A DNA stretch of 57,627 nucleotides from Prorocentrum cordatum (GCA_963575745.1 CAUYUJ010000010.1:62001-119627), one strand, 5' to 3'. Numbered from the stretch's first letter, positions 12,032 to 25,434 are shown. Made by a program: numbers and translations. Notes: generated by a model not told the origin, from the sequence alone.

Positions 12032-12169
12032 GACGGGCTCGAACCGCTGTTCTACGCGCACCGCGGCGACGGCGGCGGGGGGGAGGCCGTAGCCCGGCTG
12101 CTGCTGCGGGCCGGCGCGAGGCCCTGCTGCCGCGCAGACCGCTACGGTTTCACCGACACGGGCGCCTGA
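12032..12169 (+). CDS. Ankyrin-repeat protein, probable last exon
   Basis: AAG|GAC acceptor in phase 0. DGLEPLFYAHRGDGGGGEAVARLLLRAGARP continues the ankyrin pattern from the 9346-9624 exon. TGA at 12167-12169. Confidence 0.7.
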   Translation, partial: DGLEPLFYAHRGDGGGGEAVARLLLRAGARPCCRADRYGFTDTGA

Positions 12170-13080
12170 GCACGGCCGTGGGCCTCCTGCTCGCCGGAGC
12201 ACTGCCCCCCAGAGCGCTTTTGACAAGGCGCAGCTGCTGGAGAGCATTTCGAAGCGAGAAGACCATCAGGTGGGTGCCCGCGTGCGCAACCGCCGAAGAA
12301 AGACGTGGCCAGCGCGTCCCCGAGGGTCGAGGCATCGATGTTTATAAGGATCGCTGGACGAGGACCGAGGTTCAAGGAGTGAGGATCGGGGTTCGAGGAG
12401 GAGGATGCGCGGTGGGGATTTATCCATGCCCACCGCTTGGGGAACCAATGCCCCAGAGGGCAGTGGACATGAGCATACTACGGCCCCCTGAGAGCTCAAA
12501 CGTGCCAACATGCGCACACCCACCGCCCCCCCGAGGCCCAGGAAGAGCGGTTCCCCGGGCGGCGGACGTGGACAAGTCCCAGTATCGGACGGGGAGGTCG
12601 CCCCCGGCGGCGGCGCGCGCGCGAGGCGCGCGCGCGCGAGCGGAGCCTGGGAGCCGATGGAGGGGAGGGAGAGGGAGAGGGCGAGGGCGAGGGACAGGAG
12701 GAGGAGGAGGCAAAGGAGGAGACGAGGAGGAGGGAGGAGGAAGAGGGAGTAGAGAGAGGGAGGAGGAGCCCAGGCGAGCCCCCCGACGGCGGCGAGCGGG
12801 AGCCCAGGAACCCCCCCACTCCCTCGCCGCGCGCCGCGACGGCCGAGGCTTGGGCGCGGCGGAGAACCCGCCGCGCGGCCTCTCCAGCCCGCCCGCGGGC
12901 GAGCCGGCGGCGGAGCCTTCGCCCGCGCCCCCGCAGGCTGCGGCGACGCCGACGGCGACGACGCCCGCGCCGGCGACGGCGACGGCGACGGCCAGCGACG
13001 CCGCCGACGCCCAACGGCAGCGCTGCGGGCGGCCCGCCGACGCTGCCGACGGCCACGCCGACGACGACGAGGACGACGAG

Positions 13081-13122
<42 letters not shown>

Positions 13123-13575
13123 CACGACGACGACGACGGCGGTGGCGGCGGCGGCGGCGACGACGACGACGACGCCGACGTCGCCGACGCCGACGAGGCT
13201 TTCGAATCACGCCTCGAGGCAGGGGTCTCCTCTCGTCCGCGCGCGGCGGCTCCCCACGGCCCTGCCCCGCGAAGCAAGGGGAGCGCGCTCGCGCAGCAGA
13301 GTTCAGCGCACAACGCCACACCTGGATGGCTCAGCGCCGACGCGCTTGGCGGAGGAGGAGGAGGAGGAGGAGGAGGAGGAGGAGGAGGAGGATGGTGGTG
13401 GCGTGATGGTGGTGGCTGGATGGTGGCGGCTGGATGGTGGCTCAGCGGCGCCGACCCGCTTGGCGGCGCCCGGCGACGACGAGTCCGCCGCTGGGCGACC
13501 CGCCGACGCTGCTGGCGGCTACGACGCCGGCGACGGCGACAACGCCGGCGAGGGGGACATGAGCATGTTGTCGTC

Positions 13576-13635
<60 letters not shown>

Positions 13636-13915
13636 CATGATCATGATCATGATCATGATCATGATCATGATCATGATCATGATGGTGATGATGATGGTGA
13701 TGGTGATGGTGATGGTGATTGTGATGCTGATGCTGATGCTGATGCTGATGCTGATGCTGATGATGGTGATGGTGATGATGATGATGATGCTGATGATGAT
13801 GATGATGCTGATGCTGATGCTGATGCTGATGCTGCTGATGCTGATGCTGATGCTGAGTGTGCTGATGCTGATGCTGATGCTGATGCTGATGATGCTGCTG
13901 ATGATGATGGTGATA

Positions 13916-13969
<54 letters not shown>

Positions 13970-14345
13970 CTGATACAGACGATGATGATAATGATGGTGA
14001 CGGTGATGGTGATGAGGATGCTGGTCATGCTCATGATGATGGTGATGATGCTGATGATGATGCTGATGATGCTCATGATGTTGATGATGATGCTGGATAC
14101 GATGATGCTGCTGATGATGATGATGATGATGATGATGATGGTGGTGGCGGTGGTGATGATGATGATGATGTTGTTGATGATGTTTATGATTATGCTGGTT
14201 GGTGATGATGATGGTGATTATGATGGTGGTGATGATGCTGGTGATGCTGATACAGATGATGATGATGCTGATGATGATGGTGATGATGATGATCATGATC
14301 ACGATCATGATGATGATGCTGATGAAGATGATGATGCTGATGATA
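13576..14345. repeat. Compound (GAT)n microsatellite with GCT/GGT/CAT variants
   Basis: Directly visible. It explains the poly-D/M/H/I ORFs. Confidence 0.97.
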
Positions 14346-14959
14346 AGGAGCAGGGGGAGGAGGAGGAGGAAAATAGGAGGATGCGGATGAGGATGCGGAT
14401 GAGGATGAGGAGGAAGAGGAGGAGAACGACGAGAAGAAGGAAGACGGTGATGAGGAAGGTGAGGGAGAGGAAGCAGGAAGAGGCAGGATGAAGAGAAAGG
14501 TGAGGAGGAGAGGAGTCGAGCAGCAGGATGCGGAGGAGGAAGAGGAGGAGGAGGAGGAGGAGGAGGAGGAGGAGGAGGAGGGAGGAGGAGGAAGGAGAGA
14601 AAAAGGAGGAGGAAGGAGAGGAAGAGGAAGATGAGGGAGAGGAAGGAGGAACGCGGTGAGGGAGAACAGAGCCGACGCTTGCCGTTGCATCGTAGACGTG
14701 TTGGCGTCGACGTGGCAAAGTGCGTGGCAGGGATGGGACGGGGCGCACATCCCGCGCGAAAGGGCAGAAGGCCGCTCTTGTCCCGGAGACGCGCGCACTG
14801 CTTCGGAGAGCCGAGCTCCCGCTTCCTGCCGCGGTGCGCACTGCTCGGTCGCCAGCTCGTCGGCGCGCGACGCGAGCCAGCACGTCGCTCTCGCCTCGGC
14901 GCCGCCGCGCAGGCTCGGCGTGAGGGTGGCGCTGCCGCGCGAGCGTGGAGGACGTGCCC

Positions 14960-16232
14960 TCCCTCTCCGCGTCGGATCGATTTGCGCGAGGACTTCTTCC
15001 ACACCCAGGGCAGGTATTTCATGGGGCAGGCCGTTCCCGTCAGCATGATATGGTTGATGTGGGTCGACGTGGGATCACGTCTGTCGATGGCGGATGTGTG
15101 TTTGTGGGCGGCAGCGCCTTCTCGACCCGTGTGCCTGAGTTGCGGTCAGCGGGCCGGGCCGTCACGGCTTACGATGCTGAGCGGCGCAGAGTTGCACGAT
15201 ATCACGGCGCCGTCCCACGGTGTGAAGGGCCAGGTCAAGTGGCCCGCGACGGCGAGGACTATGCGATCATGAAGGCCAGCCAGCTGGTCATGGGCTCTTA
15301 TCAAGTCAAGTCAGATTGCAAGGGCTCGGTTGGATGTTGCCACAGGCTCGAGGCGGCAAGTGGGCCAGGCAACTTGAGAGCACACCTGTGGAAGCGCACT
15401 AAGATGAACGACGATTTCTGCCGCGCTCCCGTTTTGCACGTCAAGGTGCACACGAGTGTGTCTGACGTCAGGGAGGGAGTCATCAGCCAGTTTGATCGAG
15501 CTGGTAACGCGGAGGCCGACGAGTTGGCCAAGGCTGGGGCCTCCTTCAATCGAGCTTCGGAGGCTCAGGAGCGCTTCGTTCGTGGCGCCATGCGCCTTCA
15601 CAAGATGCTGCTAGGTTACATTGCACAGTTCGGGGTGTGGTTCCACGAGCAGGGCGATGACTTTTAAAGACTATCTTTTCCCCGAGCCGCAGGAGGACGA
15701 TCTGGCCACTCCTCAGCAGCGGGCGGCGGTGAAGGAGCCTCTCTTGCCGTGGCCCTGGTTGGTGCAGAAGCATGCGTTGCTGGAGTACCCAGTGGTTGGG
15801 CACGACCGATTGATGATTTTCTGTACCAGCTGCTGCAAGTACCCGGACACAGGCAGCCTCAACCATCGGGGGCTTGACAGTGTTTGTTGCGGCAGAGAAG
15901 GGGGCAGTGGCAGGATTGTGGAGAACACGAGGCACTTCAGCAACCTCAGACATCCACAGTCGTTGCATAAAGATATCTCGCTTGAGGACGCTCGGAGACC
16001 TTCCGTCAGAGTCCGAGCCCTGGTGTGCAAGTCAAAAGGTTGGCGGGGCCCGCTGGGCGACTTGCCTGAGGTCGGCTTCAGGCCCAAAGGTAAAGTCCGT
16101 GCCGAACCCCAGCGTTACCTGGACACTAGCTTGAGTTTGAAAGACCACGGTCTATTATACCCAGAAGCCTTGGAGCTGGGTGCTCCACATGAGTCTGACA
16201 GCGATGACGATGTGGACCTCGACATGGTATGA
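14960..16232 (+). mobile_element. Decayed non-LTR retrotransposon 3' part: RNase H + Cys/His-rich C-terminus
   Basis: VFVGGSAF...QVARDGEDYAI...VKSDCKG...HVKVHTS...GNAEADELAKAGA follows the RNase HI motif order, with the first Asp mutated. After a frameshift near 15660: HDRLMIFCTSCCKY...VCCG...RHP. Confidence 0.8.
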
Positions 16233-16435
16233 CGGGTCGGCGAGGATGCCGACAATATCCAGGATTTGGAGTGCCAGCCCACAGTGGGTGAGTGCCCCGC
16301 AGGGGCGAGTTGCAGTACGGAGTGAGGACTGGATGTGGTGTTTGACCCTCACAGGCCCCATCAACTCGTTCGTTATTTTCTTGCCAGGGCTAGGATCGGT
16401 TTGGCCATGCCCAGGCACTACACTAACGCGTCGCG

Positions 16436-16575
16436 GCGATGGGCGACGTCCGTCCGAGGGCCTTGGGCTGCTGCGCTGGCTCTTGGACCCTCCAAGCGGC
16501 GATCGCGCCGAGGGGCGACGTCCGTCCGAGGGCCTTGGGTTTCAGCCTGGCTGGCCCTTGGACCCTCCATGCGGC
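16436..16575. repeat. Tandem duplication, ~72-bp unit x2
   Basis: gggcgacgtccgtccgagggccttggg...cttggaccctcca.gcggc occurs twice. Confidence 0.85.
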
Positions 16576-16587
16576 GGGCGCGCCCAG

Positions 16588-16756
16588 CCTGTTTTGCCGT
16601 GCGGCTCGAGCGTGGAGATGGATTTCTGCGCCACGCTCTTTCCACGTGCTCCTCTGGGACGTGGGCCTCGAGCTGCACCACTTGGTCTCGGGCTCCCCGC
16701 TCGTGGCGCTGGGAGCCCCGTGGGAGCTCTTCCCCGCCGTGGCGGGCCTCGTGCAG
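16588..16756 (+). CDS. Candidate exon of an unidentified (membrane?) protein
   Basis: CAG acceptor, open ...SFHVLLWDVGLELHHLVSGSPLVALGAPWELFPAVAGLVQ, and a canonical CAG|GTGAGC donor. Confidence 0.45.
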
Positions 16757-17524
16757 GTGAGCACGGGCCTGCCGCAGGCCCCGTGCTCCCTGGCCGCCCG
16801 CGCGGCCTGCTGTTGGGGTAGGCATGCTTCTCGCCCCCCGGCCTGGCGCTTGCAAGGTGGTCCTGGCCTTCGGGCTCCACCGCGTAGGTGCAAGGGAGGG
16901 GGGGTGAGGGGTGTGCCTGCCTACCCTCTGCTTGGATCCAACTGCCCCTTGGTTTTTGCTCGCTCGCTCGCTCGCTCGCTCCTCCTCCTCCTCCTCCCCT
17001 CCTCCCTCCTCCTCCTCCTCCTCCTCCTCCTCCTCCTCCTCCCCCTCCACCTCCTCCCCCTCCTCCTCCTCCTCCCCCTCCTCCTCCTCCCCCTCCTCCT
17101 CCTCCTCGTCGTCGCCAAGGGCGCCGCAGCGCCGCGCAGGGACCTTCCGATGGTCTGCGCCCGTCCGCGCGCTGCCCTTCGTTCCTCCCCTCCGTCAAGC
17201 CGTCGGGGGCGGGGCGGGCTCGAGCGCCTTCCGTTCGCTAAGCGGGAACGCGCACCAGTCCCACTGCCAAGTTCTGCCACCACTGGTTTGCGTCGTCGGC
17301 GGCGAGCGATGGGGGGGGGAGAGTGAGAGGGCGAGGGTTTTCTCAGAAGGCGGCGGGACTTCTCAGAAGCCCTCGCGCCTTCTGAGAAGTTTGTCGCGTC
17401 TTCGGGACAGGCTTAGAGGCATAGAGAACTTCTCGAAAGGCTCAGGGACATCCGAGCTATCCGAGAAGGCCCGCCCCTCCTCACTTCCCTCCCTCGCTCG
17501 CTGCCGAACCAATTTTTGCTACCA

Positions 17525-17692
17525 TTAAGTAGGGCCTGTCCCTCTACTGGGGGACTATTCTAAAATAGGTTTAAAAATACGCAAGGGACGATTGTTTGAC
17601 TATTCTTGCCCGTTTAGGGGGCATTGTTGTTTGATTATTTTTTAAAATTTCGTCGCCCAAGATCCGCCTGTCGGGGGACACGCCCGACCTAA
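17525..17692. mobile_element. MITE family A, complete
   Basis: ttaagtagggcctgtccctctac...ctgtcgggggacacgcccgacctaa. Perfect TSD tgctacca at 17517-17524 and 17693-17700. Confidence 0.9.
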
Positions 17693-17990
17693 TGCTACCA
17701 CTGATTTCTATGCCTTGGGAGGGAAGAGGGACTGGGCGGGGCCCGCTGTCGACGCGTTTGCCCTCCGTTCTGCCGCCGACCCGGCAGGGTGCGCGGCGGG
17801 AGCGGGACGCGGCGCACGCCCCCGGGCGCCGTGTCGGAGTGCCGCTCGCGTCTCAGCGCCGCGCTCAGTCTCCCGAGAGCCGAGGTCCCGCATGGGCGCG
17901 GCGCACGCGGTTCGCTGCCCATCTCGCCGCAAGAAGGGGCGCGCGCGAATGGGCCAAATGCTCTCTCTCTCTCTCTCTTTCTCTTTCCGC

Positions 17991-18031
<41 letters not shown>

Positions 18032-18813
18032 CCTCTCCCTCTCGCTCTCGCTCTGGCGCTGCGCATGCGCAGACCCTGGGCGGAACGTGGTGCTTCCGCG
18101 TGGGCCGCGGGGCGTCTGTCTCACACCCCGCGTCGTGGAGGACGTGGGGCCGCACGCGCGTGGGCGACGGGGCCCCCGCCGCCAGAGAGCCCTGTGTGGC
18201 TTTTCCGCCCGGCAGCGACGCTCCCGCGCGCGGCTCGCGTCTCGCCTCCTCTTCCTCCTCCTCCTCCTCCCTCCTCCTCCTCCTCCTCCTCCTCCTCCTC
18301 CTCCTCCTCCTCCTCCTCCTCCTCCTCCTCCTCGTTCTCCTCCTCGTCCTCCTCGTCCTCCTCCTCCTCCTCCTCCTCCTCCTCCTCCTCCTCCTCCTCC
18401 TCCTATTCCTCGGGCGAGTGGCAAAGGGGAAGGTTCACGCGGCCGATCCGGTTCGATCTCGAGTTCGTGCCGGCGCAGCCCGATCCGATGCACATTCCGG
18501 CTCAATCCAACTTCCCGATACGATGTTGAACGATCGTGCCTCCTCTGCTCCCATCACCCCCCTTTATCCTATGGCCACGGCCTGGACACAGCCTGGACAC
18601 ACCCAGAGCGAGGGAGGAGGAGGAGGAGGTGGAGGAGGAGGAGGAGGAGGAGGAGCGGGGAAGGAGAGGAGGGCGAGAAGGGAGAGGAGGAGGAAGAGGA
18701 GAAGGAGGAGGAGGAGGACAAGTGGAGGAAAGGAAGGATTGAGGAGGATGGGGAGGAGAAGGGGAGAGGAGGGATCGAGGAGGAGGAGGGGGAGGAGGAG
18801 GAGGAGGGGAGAG

Positions 18814-18961
18814 GAGGAAAACAGTGAATGGTGGCAATTGGCGCCTTTAGCTCTTGAAGGTCAGAGTGGTGGAGGTGCGTTGGCACCCCTCCCTACGGCC
18901 GACTTCGTTGGCCGAGGGACCATAGGGAGAGCCTCGGCCCCCTCCATTGGCAATGGCGCCG
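18814..18961. repeat. Dispersed repeat, paralog of 22986-23134
   Basis: gaggaaaacagtgaatg.tggcaattggcgcctt...ttcgttggccgaggg..c.tagggagagcctcggccccctcc.attggcaatggcgccg at both sites. Confidence 0.85.
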
Positions 18962-20038
18962 TAAGGTGGACGTGTCTAGAATGGGAGCGGGATCCCGGCA
19001 GCCCCTATGATAGCAGCTGCCGAGGAAGTGGGGTCGATGCGGCTGAGGCTTATGATGGTCCTCGCCAAGGAGGAAAAGACAGGAGAGGCGCCCAGTCGCC
19101 CGGGTGGGGCACAACGGCGATGCCGTCCGCGATGTGTCCTGGTCCTGAGGCGGGAACTCCTGGAAGGGAAGGGGTGAAACACAAAACATTTTTTTGATCC
19201 GCGGGTCGAGAGCGCACCTCTTCCGGTCGAAGCTAAGCGGGCCGCGCACAGCTTGAATTAACAAAGAGGTGGGCAGAAGGACGGCCCTCACGTCAAGGCC
19301 AGGAGGGGGCAAAGCCCCGGAATCAGGCGGTGCCGAAGACGATGTGCTTGCAAACGAACGCCTTGGACAGGAACCCGGCGGCGAAGTACCGGAAGAAGCA
19401 AAATGCGAGAAGCACAAAACAGGCATACACAGTTTCGACACCGTAACTAAGCAGGCCATGCGCACTCGGTATCCCGCGGGGGGGATATCGAGTGCACACG
19501 CAACGCTCAGGTGCCCTCTGTTGCACCCCCAGCCCCAGGGCCAGCTGCGCCCCCTTGGGAGCAAGCCCGAAGAGGCGCAGGTACCCCCCGAATCAAAGTC
19601 CCCCGACATACACAGATTTCGTGCATACGATGCGATGCCTCACGCACCAAACAGCACGGCACGGGCGGAAGCCAGCGTGTTCCGGCAGGGCTTTGCCGGA
19701 ACGTGCTGCGCACCTTGCAGAAAAAAACCTAGGTTTGTCCAGACCGTTACTCTATAAAGTCGACGCGGGGAAACGGGAAACCGTTTTCCAGTCACCTGAG
19801 TTGTTCTATCATCTCGGGTAGGGGTAAACTTCACCGGGAAAACGAAGCCAGAAGGCTCCTCATCTAAAAGGGTGTTTCCCCACATCCAAAGTGTTTGTTG
19901 TTTTCTCTGCACACACCCCGCGCAGGAGAACACATCTTCTCGTTTTCTTTCATCGCACACTCATTCTTTCAATCACTCACGCACGCCATCACTCACACTC
20001 ACTCAGTCACCCACTCACTCACACACGTACTCACACAC

Positions 20039-20071
<33 letters not shown>

Positions 20072-20274
20072 CTCACGCACCCACCCACTCACTCACCCAC
20101 CTACCCGCCCACTCCCCCACTCACACTCTCATCATCGTCAGCAGCATCATCTTCACCATCATCGTCATCATCATCATCACCACTGTCGGGATCAGCATCA
20201 CCACTGTCATCATCATCGTCGTCACCAATACCATTTTCATTCATTCGCTCACTCATTCACGGATTCACTTACTC

Positions 20275-21082
20275 ATCTCAGGCGGGAACCTCGACTGTGA
20301 GCGAACTGGGAGGACGTCTCAGTCGAGAGCCCCCTCCTTAGGGGGCCCGCACTTCATGTTTGCAATCCGAGTGGGTCATCGGAGACTCGTATATGTAGCC
20401 AGTTTTGGGCTCCAGGGGCTTGAATTTGGAGGAAGTAACAGGCAGGAGCTTCGTCTATGAGTGAACTGCGAGGAACTCAGGCGGGAGCCTTCTCCCTTTG
20501 GGGCCAGCAGCTCACGTTTGCAATCAGAGTGGGTCATCGGAAACTTGTACCTGTCGCCACTGTTGGGTTCATGGAGGAAATACCAGGCGGGAGCTTTGTT
20601 TATGAGTGCATTGCGAAAAAGTCTCGGGCGGGAGCCTTCTCCCTATGGGGCCCGCAGCTCATGTTTGTAATCCGAGCGGGTTATCGGATACCTCTAACTG
20701 TCATCGCTGTTGGGCCCCCTGAGGCTTGAATTTGGAGGAAGTATGCGGCGGGAGCCTTGTCTGCGAGTGAATTGCGCGGAAGTCTCAGGCGAAAGCCCCC
20801 TCCCTGTGGGCCGCGCGGGTAATTTATCAATCCGCGCGGGTCATCGGACATGCAATTGTCATCACATTTAGATTCCTGAGGCCAGAACATGGAGGAAGTA
20901 TGATGCGGCAGCCTCGTCTGTGAGTGAAGTGCGAGGAAGTCTCAGGCGGGAGCCCCCTCCCCATGGAGCCCACAGCTCACGCTTGTAACCCGAGCGGGTC
21001 AGCGGAAACATGTAATTGTCGTCACTTTTGGGCTCCTCAGGTTTGAATATGATGAAGTATCAGGCGGCATCTTCGTCTGCGA
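20275..21082. repeat. Tandem satellite, ~145-161-bp unit, ~5 copies
   Basis: ctcaggcgggagcc..ctcc...ggggcc.gcagctca.gtttg.aatccgag.gggtcatcgga...ggaggaagta...gagtgaa.tgcgaggaa recurs at ~20317, 20476, 20621, 20782 and 20939. Confidence 0.9.
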
Positions 21083-21132
21083 ACGGCCGCCAGGGGAGCG
21101 ATTTGGCCCTTGACTTCGTCGCACCATGCGAG

Positions 21133-21385
21133 GCGAGAGCCTTTTTGGCCTCGTCGGGTATGCGAGCCTCTGGCTGCATCTCTACGTCATGCTCTCCCGC
21201 GCCACGTGTATGCGTAACATGATGATCCTACGGCCGCCGCGGCGAGAGTTCCTGGAGCGCGGGCCGCCGGCGTCCTTGCTGAAGGCGCTCCTGGCGTTCG
21301 ACGTCAGAGCGGGGAGCTCCAAAGCAGAGGCGAAGCAGCTCGCGGCTGAGCTGGGCTTCGTGCTGAACCCCGCCTGGACGCAGTG
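21133..21385 (+). CDS. Candidate exon with a hydrophobic (TM-like) segment
   Basis: Complex, high-GC3 frame GESLFGLVGYASLWLHLYVMLSRATCMRNMMILRPPRREFLERGPPASLLKALLAFDV...ELGFVLNPAWTQW, bounded by plausible AG and GC sites. Confidence 0.5.
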
Positions 21386-22985
21386 GCGCCCCGCTCGAAG
21401 CCCGCGGGGTTGGCCCAACGGCTTGGTCTCGCGCGCCAGCGGCTCGCGGGGTTGCCCTTCGACCTGGCCCACGGGGTTGTCCCAACGGCTGCGCGACGTG
21501 GATGTGCCCGTGTTGGCCGAGGTGGCGACGGCGCCGAGGAAAATCGGCATGCGCGCTCGTACCAGGAGGAAGGAGATAACGCGAGGACAACGAGCGGGGG
21601 GGCAGAGGAGGAGGAGAAGGAGAAGGAGGAAAAGGGCGAAGAGGAGGAGGAGGAACGCGAGGAGGACAGGGCGGAAGCAGAAAAGGCGGAGGAAGAAGGA
21701 AAAAAGGAATAATAATAATAACAAGAAGAAGAAGAGGATCACACCTGCAACGAGTAGGACGAGAATGAGGAGGAGGAGGAGGAGGAGAAAAAGGAGGAGG
21801 AGGAGGAGGGAGAGAAGGAGGACGCAGAGGGCGCGGAGGCCTCCGCAAGGAAGGCCTCCGCAAGGAGGGCGCAAGGAGCTGCAGCAGAAAAGGGCGAGGG
21901 GCAAGCTAAATAGGTTTTGATGCGGGGCCCTACCGTCGGAGTAATTTGGTTTTTGCCAAACCGTGTGGTTCATACTACCTGGGCGCTGAACCCCCTCAAG
22001 CAATGCAGTGGGAGCCCTGAAAGCGGGAATCCTGGAAAGGACCATCAAGAATATGGGCGATCATCGATTTCCCACGCCATCCCCGCGCCAAGGGCGGAAG
22101 GGGGAGGGAGTTGTTGGTTGCCCCCCGCTGACCGCGACAGGGTGCGTCGTAAAAATGCTAAAAGGCGCTGCAGGCAACACGTGCCGAGACCAGCATTCTC
22201 CGCGGGGATCAAGAAAGCCGCCTTGGGAAAGCAGGGGAGGGATTGGCCGTTCGGTTTGGCAAGCCCGTCCTCGGATCCTGGGAAGGGGGGAGAATCTCAA
22301 AAGATCCTGCCTTATGCTTAGAACAACGTGCGTTCCGCCTGTTTGCAAATGCCCCGCAACGAACCCAGCAGGGTGCCCGTTGAACTGTCCTGGCAGGAGA
22401 GCAGAAGATCGAGGCTGACTTGTCGGAGCAAGCCCGCCCCAGTCACCCCCGCCATCCCCCTGAAGGGGAGGGGAAGGCAAAGAGGAAAAAATAATCCAGG
22501 CGGAGAGGAAGAAGAGGGAAGGGGGAGGGGAAGGGAGCGAAGACACAGACGGGGGGCGAGAGAGGAGGGGGAGGGGAGAGAAACAAAAGGGAACAAGGAG
22601 GGGAAGGGAACGAAAATCAGGGGGGAAGAACGGGCAAGTTGGGGTGGGGACGGTAGGTGTTGACGTGCCCCAGCTTGCGGCTTACAGTCCTTGAAGTGTT
22701 CGGGTAAGGGGTGGGGAGCGGGAGCGACCACATGAGTGACGCCACGGCGTGACGCCGCGGCGGCACGGATCGAACCATCACCTGGGTCGGGGTTGGGGGG
22801 AGGGAGCGACCGCATGAGTAACACCACGCCAGCACATGTGACGCCGTGGCGGCACGGGCCGACCCGTCACCCAAGTTGGCATGTTAGAGACATGGGGGTG
22901 GCCGGTGCGCCATAATGGGGAGGTGAATTGGCGTTGACAGGCACAATCAGCCAGCAGGGAAATAAATCCCGCTCACGGTCTCGAA

Positions 22986-23134
22986 GAGGAAAACAGTGAA
23001 TGTTGGCAATTGGCGCCTTAAGGTCTTGAAGGCCAGATTTGTAAAGCCACGTTGGCCCCCCTCCCTGCGGCCGCCTTCGTTGGCCGAGGGTCCCTAGGGA
23101 GAGCCTCGGCCCCCTCCCATTGGCAATGGCGCCG
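22986..23134. repeat. Dispersed repeat, paralog of 18814-18961
   Basis: See 18814. Confidence 0.85.
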
Positions 23135-23169
23135 CTGAGGGAGGGAGGGAGGGAGGGAGGGAGGGAGGG

Positions 23170-23324
23170 AGGAGAAAAAACGCACAGACACAATTAATCC
23201 CCGATGCCCCTAGAGATACGGGAAAACATGGGAAGTGGTGGGGGGAAGACAGATGCTTGGAAGATCTGGGAAACTGTGGGGAATCCTTTTGTTTGTGTCT
23301 GTTGTGTGACCCAGGGCCCCTTCA
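23170..23324. repeat. Dispersed repeat, paralog of 41445-41603
   Basis: cacagacacaattaatc...gggaaaa.atgggaagtgg.ggg...gaagaca...tgtgtg.cc.gggcccttca at both sites. Confidence 0.8.
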
Positions 23325-24039
23325 GGGAGGGAGCGAGGGAGGGAGGAGCAGCGGGCAAACACAAGCATCGGGGAAACGTAAGACTCGGGTAAGCTGGAAC
23401 TCGGGTTTGCCGACTTTTTTTTGACGAGCGCGTCTTGGATTTTGACGGTCCCGGTTTCGTGGTCTGCAGCGGGAGCCCGCGTCAGATTCTGGATTGGGTC
23501 TCGTCATTTTTATGATGGCCCCGTCAGGCCAACCCGAGTCCCCCGTACCTGAGTCTTACGTCCCCCCGGAAGCAGGAGACCGTTCCAGCCCGTGGCAGTG
23601 CCCTTGCCTCCCCCCCCCTCCCGTCGAGGCCCCCCGCGCGGGCACGCTGCACCCCAGCCTGATCGCGAGCCTCGTCGCGCGGGAGCTCGACGGCGCGGGC
23701 GTCGCTCGCCAGCCGCAGAGAGCGGCCTCCCCCCTCTGCACCTCCTCCCGCTCCTGCTCCTCCTCCGCCCCCTCCTCCTCGTCGCCCTCGTCCTCTCCCT
23801 GCTCCTCCTTCCTCTTCCCCCTGCTTGCATACATTGTCCTCCCCGTCCGCCGTCCCCTCCTCTCGGTGCCTTTCCTCCTCCTCCTCCTCCTCCTCCTCCT
23901 CCTCCTCCTCCTCCTCCTCCTAGGTGGCCCAAGTGATGAGAGAGCGAGATCCACCTCACACGCCATTCAGATCTCACACTCGCCAGGGCTCTCCCGCCTG
24001 GCAGCCATGGCGGCGGTGTGCCCGTGGGCGGCTCGTTCA

Positions 24040-25434
24040 TGAGCGCTGCCTTCTGTTGTGCTTCGTCGGCTTCAATCTCTGCGCGGCTTCCCGCGCCGCC
24101 AGGATCGCAGACCTTGTCGCCGAGTGCCCGTCCCACGACGCCATCGTGCTAGGCGGGAGCCAGCTGCGCAGCACGGGCGAGCTTCTCGAGCCAGAGAGAA
24201 TTGTGGATTCGTTTCGATCTTATCAGTATGGTCACAAGCGTGGGCAACTTGCCACACCATCGTGTTGCATCACCATCCGGTTGAAGAAGAATCGGCTTCA
24301 GAAGCAGTCGGTCAAATGATTTCTGCCAGTGCCCAAGCAGTTGTGGGGAAGAGCTGGATGTCTTCTCGGGGGGCAGCAAGAGCAAGCCATCGGCGCTACC
24401 GGGCTGCATTCTCCACCTCGTGTTTCCAAGACGGGACAGAAGCAGGTGTATGACAAAGCAGTCACCTCCCTCGTGGCTCGGCTGCAGAGCACGCTTGACA
24501 GCAAACTTGCTCTTCCCCTTCTCGTCATGGACCTGAATGGAGGTCTCAGGCAGTCAGATGACGTCGACGGTGCAGGAGAGCATGGCGTCGGCACCCCTGC
24601 CCTGCCTCGGCTGTCACCCGCCCCGTGCTGCAGGCGAGGGACCTCTCCGCCGCGAACGTGGCCTCCGATATCAGTGAGACTGGAGAAAGTCACATTGACT
24701 ACGTGGTGGTCCCTCGTGCTCTTCTCCCCGCAGTCGAGAGTTGCCAAGTTCGCGCCCGAGGCCAACTGCATCAGACCGTCTCAGCCAGGGACCATAGGCC
24801 AGTTGTTTCAGTTGCACACATCATCGCCTCTGCTGCTCCGCTTCCTGAGCGTCTTGCTCGGCCCAATCGCGAGGCCATGTACGAGCGCGTGCAGCTCAGT
24901 TCCAAACATGAGGAATTCATCACCGTATCGAATCAGATGGCGGAGGAGGTCAAGAGGATATATGAGGAGGGCAAAGCTGATGACTTGACCGCCACGCTAC
25001 TGAGAGTGCTCAACGATGCCCGCGAAATAGCTACTGCCTCCCCGCCGTACACAGAGGAGAGAGTTACTAGTGCTCAGCTCTTGGGCGCACCATTACAACA
25101 GCGTAGACGACAGCGTGAAGTACGAGGCAGGTCTACTAGTGAACTATATCCCAAGTTTCACGTTCGGCGTGATGGACGGCGCAGGGTCAAACTCGGGAAT
25201 GGTGAGACCACGCGCAGCGAGCTTGCGGGGGGGATCGAGGCCAGCGTCAGGAGCCTCGAGAACGCAGCCTTCTCCACCGCGGCCATCGATCGCATGCTCG
25301 AGGCCATCAACAACTGGTCCCGGGACTACCTTCAGCGCACCAAGAAGGAGAAGGCCAAAGGCAAGCAGGAGTTCGCAGGCCCCGCGTCCCAAGCTTCGAG
25401 AACTACAGCATCAAGGATATATCGTCACGGATGA
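24040..25434 (+). mobile_element. Decayed APE-type non-LTR retrotransposon, endonuclease region
   Basis: Across stops and frameshifts: FVGFNL...DAIVLGGSQ...LWGRAG...LLVMDLNG...SHIDYVVVP...ARDHRPVV, the EEP/APE motif order (N, E-site, DxN, IDY, DH). Confidence 0.8.

Noticed and set aside
11818..14491. Very long ORFs rich in poly-D/M/E/G/R/P/S/L/H (also 29295-30989, 51504-53098, 55218-56723)
   Set aside because: They are stop-free trinucleotide microsatellites open in most frames, with no domain content.
19269..19757. 162-aa complex-looking ORF
   Set aside because: No recognisable motif or splice context, so it could not be assigned.
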